IMG/VR virus record: IMGVR_UViG_3300037467_000310
Coordinates: 1 to 47,936 of that record
Reading direction: 5' to 3' (one strand)
Source of the DNA: a virus
Lineage: Duplodnaviria; Caudoviricetes
DNA: 47,936 bases
Numbering within the stretch: position 1 is the stretch's first letter; each line of letters begins with the position of its first letter. The translations under genes were made by a program, and so were the position numbers. Shown one piece after another: positions 25,985-33,188 of this stretch. The notes under the pieces were generated by a model that had not been told where the DNA came from, ran no database searches, and saw only the letters and a list, made by a program, of their open reading frames with translations.

Positions 25985-26301
25985 TTGGCTTCCACATCAA
26001 ATCTCCCCTCGATGGGATTGTTCACTACAAGTTTCCAGATGAGGATTGGCGCGTATCTGTCACTCAATTTGGTGGTGGGAAAGCTAAGTACGGCAATCGT
26101 CACGCGCATGCCATCTTCAGCGCTGATGCCCAGGGCTTCATTAATCATCCTGGCGACATTGCGATATTCGCCCAACTGCATATGGCACTCCCTGCCGGAC
26201 AGGAGAAGTTCACGTTGGACGCCGAACAAGTTCAGGCCCTCATCAGGGAACTCAAACTCACCGCACACACCATCGCAAAAGACCAGGAGCAGGGAATATG
26301 A
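25981..26301 (+). CDS. Hypothetical protein
   Basis: GAGG RBS, ATGA overlaps. Confidence 0.6.
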   Translation: MIGFHIKSPLDGIVHYKFPDEDWRVSVTQFGGGKAKYGNRHAHAIFSADAQGFINHPGDIAIFAQLHMALPAGQEKFTLDAEQVQALIRELKLTAHTIAKDQEQGI

Positions 26302-26501
26302 GCATCATCCACAGCTCGGCGCCAGCAAGGATCGAGAAGCCCTCAACATTCGTTCCTCCAGCACCAGAGGTCAAGGCGGCTATGCGAGCTCACGTTGCCA
26401 AGGTTGTAAGTGAGCGCAACGAGGCAGGACTCTACGCTGACGGAAGGATCGCGGACATGGCTAAGTATGCAAAGTACATCGCGGGCGGAGGCAAGCTGTG
26501 A
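26298..26501 (+). CDS. Hypothetical protein
   Basis: Coupled ORF. Confidence 0.55.
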   Translation: MSIIHSSAPARIEKPSTFVPPAPEVKAAMRAHVAKVVSERNEAGLYADGRIADMAKYAKYIAGGGKL

Positions 26502-26902
26502 GCGCAGGGCTGGCGGACATGGTTTTGGAACTACACGCAAAGGGCGCCATGCCATACACGCTCACACAGCGCTGTACCGAATGCGGCCAGGTCTACCCGT
26601 GCCGCACGGTCCTGGCGCTGAATGAGGCGACTCATTCATGACCGAGGAAAGCGTCTTTGAAAAGCCTGTCGAGTGGTCAATCTGGCCACCTCCGACCACT
26701 AGCCGAGAACATCGCCGGGCCTGCGCGAAGCGGCGGCATGAGGGCATGATCAAGGCTGGCTACTGCGCATTATGCGGCACGCTAGTTGGACAGCCATGAA
26801 ACCTGCCCAGCCTCCTGTCCCGCCGCATTTGGCCCGGAAGCTCGCCAACCTCGCCCACACCAACCCCCAACTGTTCGCCCAACTCACCGGAGGAAAGAAA
26901 CC

Positions 26903-27202
26903 ATGAGCCAAGCCGCCGAGCGCATACGCTCCCAGCTTCGCTACGCGGACCACTACCGTCAGCAGGCCCGCGCAGCGGACAGCCTCGGAGGGCTGCTCGA
27001 ACACGTCACTCCGGGCACCATCCACGATGTTGTGGTCAAGGGCCCTCGCTGGTTTCGACGTCACAGAGATCGCACTGAAGAAGCAGTGGAAATCGTTCTG
27101 TCTGACGACGAGCGCCGGGAGTTCGCCCAGTGGTGCAAGGAACGCGCGGCTAAGCTCCGGAAGCAGGCCGACGAGGCAGAAGTGCGACTGACCGATGTGT
27201 GA
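26903..27202 (+). CDS. Hypothetical protein
   Basis: GGAGG RBS. Confidence 0.6.
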   Translation: MSQAAERIRSQLRYADHYRQQARAADSLGGLLEHVTPGTIHDVVVKGPRWFRRHRDRTEEAVEIVLSDDERREFAQWCKERAAKLRKQADEAEVRLTDV

Positions 27203-27299
27203 TGCGTCCCGGCAGCTTGCCCGCGCCCGTCACCTACTCGACCTCATGCGCGGCAACGGCGTATACGACATCCCCCAACTCGCCCAAGCCCTCACCCAA

Positions 27300-27453
27300 C
27301 CAGAATGCCAACACCAGGACAGGAGCGAGGCGTGAGCTTTGTGCACACGGAAGAGGGCCGAATAGCAACTGACACACTCAATGTCCTGCGGAAGATCCTC
27401 GCTGAACTCGAAAAGCTGAACCAGCCAGAATGCCAACACCAAACCAGGAGCGA
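27300..27453 (+). repeat. 29-bp imperfect direct repeat flanking a mini-gene
   Basis: CCAGAATGCCAACACCA-nnn-CAGGAGCGA at 27300 and 27425. Confidence 0.8.
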
Positions 27454-27457
27454 ATGA

Positions 27458-27691
27458 ATGGCTAACGACCAGTTCCAGATGGAGCTAGGCAAAGCGCTTG
27501 CTGACCGCATGGGCCTGAATCATGAAACCACCTTGGAAGGCTGGGAAGCCGAGCAGTCAGGAAAGTTGGTAGCCGTGAAGATGACATCCTTCAAACTATT
27601 CACTGAGGCTGAATATGCGGAACTGGCCGAGGTTGCAAGCAAGCGAATCCTGAAAGGCTCCGAAGTGGGAGATGGAAGGAAGCCGCGTTGA
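27458..27691 (+). CDS. Hypothetical protein
   Basis: AGGAG RBS. Confidence 0.55.
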   Translation: MANDQFQMELGKALADRMGLNHETTLEGWEAEQSGKLVAVKMTSFKLFTEAEYAELAEVASKRILKGSEVGDGRKPR

Positions 27692-28485
27692 GTTGCAAGT
27701 GCGGGAACGTGACCACGGATGGTATCTGGTTGTGCACGCCGTGTGGTGACGCGTTTGAGGTGCGGTTGGGTGAGGTCGCTGGTGTGGTGGCTGAGGTTGA
27801 GCAGGTCATCCCACGGCTGACGTTGACCGCTACGTATGGTGAGCGCATGGGCGGCAGTAAAGCCCTTCACGCGCCCGCACCTGTCAGTGTGGATGCCGTG
27901 TCGAGCCTGGACGAGTTGCAACGGTTCCTACTCAACACTGCACTCCGGATTGCTAGTCAGAGTAACCCGTTGCATGGGCACGGATCCGGTGACATTGCAG
28001 ACTACCTCGCCGGGAACATGCGCCGGATCAAGACACTCTCCAACGCGCACGACCTACAAGTGCAGCTCAACAAACTACTCAACACCTGCGAAAACGTAGT
28101 CCGCGTAATTGAACAGCGCGTGTTTGCCGGTCGGTGCGCCGAATGCGAAACCGACCTCTACGCGGTCAAAGGCCAACCCGAAGCACGCTGCTCGACTTGC
28201 GGCACCACATACGAAGTCCTCAAATGGCGGGCCCACGCAAAAACCGCACTCAACTACTACATCGGCACACCAGCAGAACTATCCCGCGCACTCGCAGCAC
28301 CCGAATACGGAATCAACATCACCGTAGACCGCATCTGGCGATGGGGAAACCGCAACAAACTCGAACGAGCCAACGACCAACACGACCCACAAGGCCAACC
28401 GCTAAAACCCAAATACCGGCTATCAGACGTACTCGACCTCCACCACAAAGCCAAGAAAAAACCAATCGACGGGACAGCAGCATGA
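27688..28485 (+). CDS. Zn-finger/HTH protein (late-regulator position)
   Basis: CKC..CTPC, CAEC..CSTC, C-terminal 'IWRWGNR...YRLSDVLDL'. Confidence 0.65.
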   Translation: MSCKCGNVTTDGIWLCTPCGDAFEVRLGEVAGVVAEVEQVIPRLTLTATYGERMGGSKALHAPAPVSVDAVSSLDELQRFLLNTALRIASQSNPLHGHGSGDIADYLAGNMRRIKTLSNAHDLQVQLNKLLNTCENVVRVIEQRVFAGRCAECETDLYAVKGQPEARCSTCGTTYEVLKWRAHAKTALNYYIGTPAELSRALAAPEYGINITVDRIWRWGNRNKLERANDQHDPQGQPLKPKYRLSDVLDLHHKAKKKPIDGTAA

Positions 28486-28697
28486 GCGCCGATGTTGTTA
28501 ATCACCCGCGGCATTACACCGGACACCCCAGCGGCATTGAGTGTATCCAGATAACTGAGCATATGGGGTTCAACCTCGGCAACGCGCTCAAATACATCTG
28601 GCGGTGTGATCTGAAAGCTGACGCCATCGAAGACTTGGAGAAGGCGAAGTGGTATATCGAACGTGAGATAGCTAAGCGTCGAAACCAACCTACTTGA
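28482..28697 (+). CDS. DUF3310-family protein
   Basis: 'DVVNHPRHY...IECI...GNALKYIWR...EDLEKAKWY'. Confidence 0.85.
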   Translation: MSADVVNHPRHYTGHPSGIECIQITEHMGFNLGNALKYIWRCDLKADAIEDLEKAKWYIEREIAKRRNQPT

Positions 28698-28744
28698 AAA
28701 TTAAGTAGAAACACCTTGCAATCAAGTAGGTTGTCGAGTATTCT
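28690..28744 (+). promoter_or_regulatory. Tandem 19-bp operators (28690, 28711) over promoter TTGCAA-17-TATTCT
   Basis: CTACTTGAAAATTAAGTAG and ACACCTTGCAATCAAGTAG; -35 at 28716, -10 at 28739. Confidence 0.75.
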
Positions 28745-28763
28745 GTGAATAGTGGATCAATAG

Positions 28764-28870
28764 CTTCTCCGGTAGCTAGGAAGTCCGCACCACCGCAAGG
28801 CCCGAATGGAACTCCGCGTCGAACATGCGGAGACTGCGTCGAAAAGCAGGCTTCCAGTCGGGCCTTTTGC
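28764..28870 (+). ncRNA. Structured leader/ncRNA: GUAGCU-loop hairpin plus three-way junction with two GUCGAA loops
   Basis: AGGCCCGA.TGGAA/TTCCA.TCGGGCCT closing stem; CTCCGC/GCGGAG and CTGC/GCAG hairpins; followed by TTTT. Confidence 0.6.
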
Positions 28871-28895
28871 GTACCCACGCACGGGAGGCCCCACC

Positions 28896-29180
28896 ATGGC
28901 TGCTGATCTGGACAAACCCACCCTCAACGCATCCCACCGGTGTGACGCGTGCGGCAGTCGAGCGTATGTGCGGGTCAACATCGAAACTGGGATCAACGAA
29001 GCCGGCTACGTCGACAATGGTGAACTGTTCTGGTGTCGTCATCACGCCAATGAGCACATGCCCGTGATCAAAGCCCGCTGCAACGTCCTTCACCTGTTGG
29101 ACGAAACCCGGTTCCTCACCGAACACATCAAAGATGACCACTGGGTTGAGGGTCAAGCAGCTAAGAAACCAGGAACATGA
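28896..29180 (+). CDS. Small Cys/His protein homologous to a conserved actinobacterial chromosomal family (DUF7455-like)
   Basis: 'RCDACGSRAYVRV...GELFWCRHHA..H...DET'; GGGAGG RBS. Confidence 0.65.
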   Translation: MAADLDKPTLNASHRCDACGSRAYVRVNIETGINEAGYVDNGELFWCRHHANEHMPVIKARCNVLHLLDETRFLTEHIKDDHWVEGQAAKKPGT

Positions 29181-29362
29181 CCTACAAGCACACGCCGAGT
29201 CTCCGCACCATAGCCGAGAACGCCGACGCCGAACTTCTCACCGGCTGCTACACCACACTCAACGCCGCGCTCGACGGCCTACAAACCCAACCAGCAAGGT
29301 CCGCGATCATCCGCGCACTCCAAAACATCAACGGCGCCCGAAAAAACATCGGACCCGCATAA
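29177..29362 (+). CDS. Hypothetical protein
   Basis: ATGA overlap. Confidence 0.55.
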   Translation: MTYKHTPSLRTIAENADAELLTGCYTTLNAALDGLQTQPARSAIIRALQNINGARKNIGPA

Positions 29363-29385
29363 CAAACCACACCATAGGAGCAGAT

Positions 29386-29550
29386 ATGGCCCGCACGTTC
29401 GGATACAAAGACGTTCACAACTGGAAAGTAGTGAACAACGCTGGCAAAACCTTCCGCGACAACGAAGGCAAGCCGCTCAATCACTTCGACGGTTACCGCA
29501 CCGCCAACGCCGCAGCAACCAAGCTCGGCGGAACGGCGGTACGTGTCTAA
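29386..29550 (+). CDS. 54-aa hypothetical protein
   Basis: AGGAG RBS. Confidence 0.6.
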   Translation: MARTFGYKDVHNWKVVNNAGKTFRDNEGKPLNHFDGYRTANAAATKLGGTAVRV

Positions 29551-29774
29551 TGGCGACGCAAGTAGAAATAGTCAACCCCAAACTTGAATGGCACGAAACC
29601 CTAGGCCTCGTGTTTTCCGCGCTCATCGGCCTCGCCGTGCGTGTTCTGATCATCTGGTGGGCCATCGCGTCATGGGCGCCTGAACTTGGGCTCACATACT
29701 GGCAACTCTTCCTTCCCGTGGTAGCCCTCCGCGAACTCATCCTTCCCGGCTCGATCAGGCGCACAGCCAAATAG
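29550..29774 (+). CDS. Small membrane protein
   Basis: Two hydrophobic segments; 'LGLTYWQ' motif. Confidence 0.65.
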   Translation: MATQVEIVNPKLEWHETLGLVFSALIGLAVRVLIIWWAIASWAPELGLTYWQLFLPVVALRELILPGSIRRTAK

Positions 29775-29776
29775 AT

Positions 29777-30037
29777 TTCCTGCACATGGTTAAGCGTGGC
29801 GACGTACCCCCTGGTTTCCGCCAACGTCAAGCCCGACCCGCTGCTCATCGGTGATGGGCTGCCATGTGCAGGAACAAACTTGATTGGCCTAGGTCTAGGT
29901 AAGAACTGCACATAGGAAAGAACCAGCTTGGGTACGGTGCAGCCGCCAATCAGTAAACTTCCCGGCCAGACCATTAGGTGCTGAGGGAAGATCACCTGCC
30001 CTCCCCGGGCTCATGTAACGATCCTGGGGCTCGGGCA
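29777..30037 (+). ncRNA. Unknown structured RNA(s) upstream of tRNA block
   Basis: 13-bp stem TTCCTGCACATGG/CCATGTGCAGGAA closing two hairpins; TGATTGGC/GCCAATCA with inner CTGCAC/GTGCAG; CTTCCC/GGGAAG; TGCCC/GGGCA; no credible ORF. Confidence 0.5.
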
Positions 30038-30107
30038 CGGGCTGAACGAATACGCGGCTTAATCGCAGGCGTGCAGGAGTTCAGCAGGTTCGATTCCTGC
30101 CAGCCCA
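30038..30107 (+). ncRNA. tRNA-like element (acceptor and T-arm, no canonical D/anticodon arms)
   Basis: GGGCTG/CAGCCC stem, perfect GCAGG-TTCGATT-CCTGC T-arm. Confidence 0.6.
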
Positions 30108-30112
30108 CTCGC

Positions 30113-30186
30113 ATCGTCTTGGTGTAGTGGTAGCCCATCGGTCTCCAAAACCGAAAGCGCGGGTTCGATTCCCGCAGACTTTGCCA
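30113..30186 (+). tRNA. tRNA-Trp(CCA), encoded CCA end, two acceptor mismatches
   Basis: TCGGT-CTCCAAA-ACCGA anticodon arm, GCGGG-TTCGATT-CCCGC T-arm, G73. Confidence 0.85.
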
Positions 30187-30319
30187 AAACGTACCCGAAA
30201 CGTATAGCTCCCACGGGAGAGCATCAGCCGGGAACGCAACACCGGAACTTACAGACCAAGTTCACCGGAAGCACCAAAGAACGGTCACCTTTACAACCCA
30301 TGAGCAAGGGGCAAAGAGC

Positions 30320-30520
30320 ATGAGCAGAGCCAAAGGCTGCATAATCAGCCGAGTCATGAACGAAGGCGACCAAGCCGACCGCGAAGCACTCCAAACCCTG
30401 CTCAACTCCGACGCAACAAACATCGGCGTCGCACGCACACTCACCGACGCGGGCGTTCCACTATCGGAACACGCGATACGCAGGCACCGGAAATCTGACT
30501 GCTCATGCGGGTGGCTCTAA
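30320..30520 (+). CDS. Small hypothetical protein ('IRRHR..CSC')
   Basis: Abuts exonuclease gene. Confidence 0.65.
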   Translation: MSRAKGCIISRVMNEGDQADREALQTLLNSDATNIGVARTLTDAGVPLSEHAIRRHRKSDCSCGWL

Positions 30521-31321
30521 ATGGGTGCCCTCGCGAAACGGTTAGCGCCGAAGATCGCACCCTCCGCTGCCAAGCAGGTCCGGATCCTCACGCTTGATAT
30601 TGAGAACGCCCCGAACCTCGCCCACGTGTGGGGTCTGTTCAATCAGAACATCAGCCTCTCCCAGTTGCAGGAAACCGCGACCGTCATATCCGTAGCCGCG
30701 AAATGGTACAGCGACAAAGAAGTTCTGTTCTTTAGCGACCACCACGACGGTCACGCCGAGATGATCACTAAGATCCACGCGCTCGTCTCCGAAGCTGACC
30801 TGATCGTCGGATACAACAGTGCCGGGTTTGACATGAAACACCTCAACCGCGAATTCATCCTCGCCGGCCTGAACCCGCCTGCACCGTACAAGAACGTGGA
30901 CCTGCTCCAGACAGTCCGTAAGCAGTTCAAGTTCGCTTCCGGGAAACTTGACCACGTCGCCCAGCAGCTCGGGCTTGGTAAGAAAACCAGCCACATGGGT
31001 CACGAACTATGGGTACGGTGTATGGCCGGTGATGACAAAGCGTGGGAACTAATGCGGAAGTACAACATGCAAGACGTTGTACTCACCGAGAAACTGTACG
31101 ACCGGCTGCGCGCATGGATCCCGAACCACCCGCACCTGAGCATGTACACAGGCGAGGCATGGGGCTGCCCAGTCTGCGGCAACAAAGACCTCTCCAAGTT
31201 CCGGGCAGGCACCTCATACGCCAACGTACAGCGATACCGCATGTACCAATGCACGTGCGGCCACTGGGTACGCGGAACCAAGAAACTCCAAGACGCCACA
31301 CAAACCAGGAGCGCACGATGA
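30521..31321 (+). CDS. RNase H-fold / DEDD-like 3'-5' exonuclease with C-terminal zinc ribbon
   Basis: 'LDIE', 'GYNSAGFD', 'YNMQDV', CPVC...CTC. Confidence 0.85.
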   Translation: MGALAKRLAPKIAPSAAKQVRILTLDIENAPNLAHVWGLFNQNISLSQLQETATVISVAAKWYSDKEVLFFSDHHDGHAEMITKIHALVSEADLIVGYNSAGFDMKHLNREFILAGLNPPAPYKNVDLLQTVRKQFKFASGKLDHVAQQLGLGKKTSHMGHELWVRCMAGDDKAWELMRKYNMQDVVLTEKLYDRLRAWIPNHPHLSMYTGEAWGCPVCGNKDLSKFRAGTSYANVQRYRMYQCTCGHWVRGTKKLQDATQTRSAR

Positions 31322-31478
31322 GAATTGGCAACTGGCCGGATCCGATGTGAGACGCCCACTGCTCTATCACCGCCCGCGTCGCTGGTTGAGGACGTGGAAG
31401 TAGCCGTACGGTGACATCCACGAATGCGCACGTACGGCAACACAAATAAAACATCATCATGTCAATAAGGAGAACAGC

Positions 31479-31694
31479 ATGCCCCGCATCGCAGTCAGCC
31501 CATCAGATCTTGATATTCCAATCGCGTTCTACGATGACGCTACCAAGTGGGTCGTAGACGACCATGAGCGCCTACACATCATTGGCGCCAATGGCAACTT
31601 GGCCTCGTACAACCGAGGAAGTTGGGCAGCCGTCCAGTTCTCACCTTGCGTTGGAGGGCCCGACCTGTGCGCCGAATCCGAGGCGCAATCTTAG
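31479..31694 (+). CDS. Hypothetical protein
   Basis: TAAGGAG RBS. Confidence 0.65.
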   Translation: MPRIAVSPSDLDIPIAFYDDATKWVVDDHERLHIIGANGNLASYNRGSWAAVQFSPCVGGPDLCAESEAQS

Positions 31695-31781
31695 ACAGAT
31701 CACACTGCGTTCCTAGGAGAAGCAGTCGGCAACCCACAACTAAACAGCGCTGACCGTTGTACATGAGCAACGGTCAGGCAT

Positions 31782-31854
31782 GGGTTTCTAGTCCAACGGC
31801 AGAGACGGCAGCTTCAAAACCTGCACAGTCCCGGTTCGAATCCGGGGAAACCCA
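31782..31854 (+). tRNA. tRNA-Leu(CAA), short variable arm, C31-C39 mismatch
   Basis: GGGTTTC/GAAACCC acceptor, A73, anticodon arm GCAGC-TTCAAAA-CCTGC. Confidence 0.75.
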
Positions 31855-31859
31855 CGCAA

Positions 31860-31930
31860 GGCGATATGGGCGAGCGGCTAGCCGGTTGTCTGCAAAACAG
31901 CACAGACCGGTTCGACTCCGGTTATCGCTT
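31860..31930 (+). tRNA. tRNA-Cys(GCA)
   Basis: GGCGATA/TATCGCT, GTTGT-CTGCAAA-ACAGC, U73. Confidence 0.9.
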
Positions 31931-31936
31931 CGAAAT

Positions 31937-32017
31937 GGAATGTACCCCAACGGTGGGAAGCTGTCTTGAAAACAGTGGCCGGTGAAACGGTAGCGGGTTC
32001 GACTCCTGTGCATTCCG
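31937..32017 (+). tRNA. tRNA-Ser(TGA)
   Basis: GGAATGT/GCATTCC, GCTGT-CTTGAAA-ACAGT, long variable arm, G73. Confidence 0.88.
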
Positions 32018-32030
32018 CGCTATTCGATAC

Positions 32031-32103
32031 GGGAGTAGAAGAGGCAAGGTGCCAGCGCTGACTGTAAATCAGTGCACGGTTGGTTCGATTCCAACTGCTC
32101 CCA
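32031..32103 (+). tRNA. tRNA-Tyr(GTA), non-canonical D and variable arms
   Basis: GGGAGTA/TGCTCCC, GCTGA-CTGTAAA-TCAGT, A73. Confidence 0.75.
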
Positions 32104-32299
32104 CAGCGAAAGCATGACGGCAGGTAGGACCGCATGGGTGGCTACCGCAGCAGTGGACACGCTGCCACGTAGGTCATGTGAGTAGGCACCCGACGCCTCT
32201 GCCGGACATTGACTGCGTGCAGATCAAGACTCGATAAGCGCCGGGAATCTTTGCCCTTATTCGTAGTTGTGCCCACGAATCAGAACAACCAGACAGTAG

Positions 32300-32779
32300 G
32301 TGTTCGTCATGCTCACTGGTCAGGTAGGGCTCGTAGCGGACAAACGATTCTGGATGGGCCGTGCAATACTCCGCATCACACGATGGCAATACCACCACTG
32401 CATCATCGCGACCAGTGACACGCACTGCATCAGCTCCGAACCAGGCGGCACACGACGCCGGTTGATAAGCGACTACACCAACATTGCCTGGTCCAACTAT
32501 GCGATGACCGAGAAACAAGCACACCTTGTTGCCGGGATAGCAGAACACTCCATCGGCGTCCGCTATGACTACCTCTCCTGTGTCGCACACGCTGTTGCAG
32601 CCATCACACGCATCGACACGCCACTGTGGATCCAGACGTGGCTCGCTCAACGCGCACCCACCACATGCAGTGCACTCGCCCAAGTAGCAGTCAACGCGGC
32701 AGGGCTACGAACACCACACGCACCACTACCCACACCCAACGACTGGCACCTACTGTGCCGGGCACGAGGATGGGCCTGA
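32300..32779 (+). CDS. Permuted papain-like (YiiX/YebB-type NlpC/P60) protein
   Basis: His before Cys order: 'YHHCII...GVRYDY...TCSAL...PTPND'. Confidence 0.65.
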   Translation: MFVMLTGQVGLVADKRFWMGRAILRITRWQYHHCIIATSDTHCISSEPGGTRRRLISDYTNIAWSNYAMTEKQAHLVAGIAEHSIGVRYDYLSCVAHAVAAITRIDTPLWIQTWLAQRAPTTCSALAQVAVNAAGLRTPHAPLPTPNDWHLLCRARGWA

Positions 32780-33099
32780 TGCCACGCGCCAAGAAGATAT
32801 GCGCCAAGCCAGGATGCCCAGAAGTAACCGCGCAAGGAACCTGCCTCAAGCACCGCCGCGAAGCAGACAAGGCAAGAGGCTCACGAGAAGCACGCGGCTA
32901 CGACTACGCACATCGACAGTTCCGCAAAGCGTTCATCGAAGAACACCAAGCTGGCACGCTCATCTGCTGGCGATGCCGCGAACTAATACCAGCAAATGAA
33001 CCATTCCACCTCGGACACGATGACCACGACCGCAACCTATACCGCGGCGCTGAGCATGTCCGATGCAACACCGCAACGAGCGGACGCACCAACAACTGA
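32779..33099 (+). CDS. HNH endonuclease (packaging-associated position)
   Basis: 'CAKPGC', 'RGY...H', 'CWRC', 'HLGH', 'EHVRCN'; upstream of terminase. Confidence 0.8.
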   Translation: MPRAKKICAKPGCPEVTAQGTCLKHRREADKARGSREARGYDYAHRQFRKAFIEEHQAGTLICWRCRELIPANEPFHLGHDDHDRNLYRGAEHVRCNTATSGRTNN

Positions 33100-33111
33100 A
33101 AACAAAAGAAC

Positions 33112-33167
33112 CACAGGAGTAGCTGCCTGTGTCAGTGAGGCCCAGCATCCATAGTGCTGGGCCTCAC
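33112..33167 (+). promoter_or_regulatory. Structured leader, family 2 (GUAGCU-loop hairpin plus AGGCCC/GGGCCU stem)
   Basis: CACAGG-agtagctg-CCTGTG then 13-bp GTGAGGCCCAGCA/TGCTGGGCCTCAC. Confidence 0.6.
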
Positions 33168-33188
33168 GCATTCCTATGGAGAATACAC

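Noticed and set aside
28806-28895. N-terminal extension of the 28896 ORF as given in the ORF track
   Set aside because: Overlaps the folded RNA element; the GGGAGG RBS supports the start at 28896
30038-30107. tmRNA gene
   Set aside because: Only 70 nt between acceptor strands, no G3-U70, no tag reading frame
31782-31854. Opal suppressor or selenocysteine tRNA (TCA anticodon)
   Set aside because: Stem register GCAG/CTGC centres the loop on CAA; A73 and D-loop fit Leu; TGA is used as a normal stop throughout
32104-32210. tRNA-associated HDV-like (theta) or hammerhead ribozyme
   Set aside because: Could not find the nested double pseudoknot or CUGAUGA/GAAA cores by eye; kept only as unknown structure
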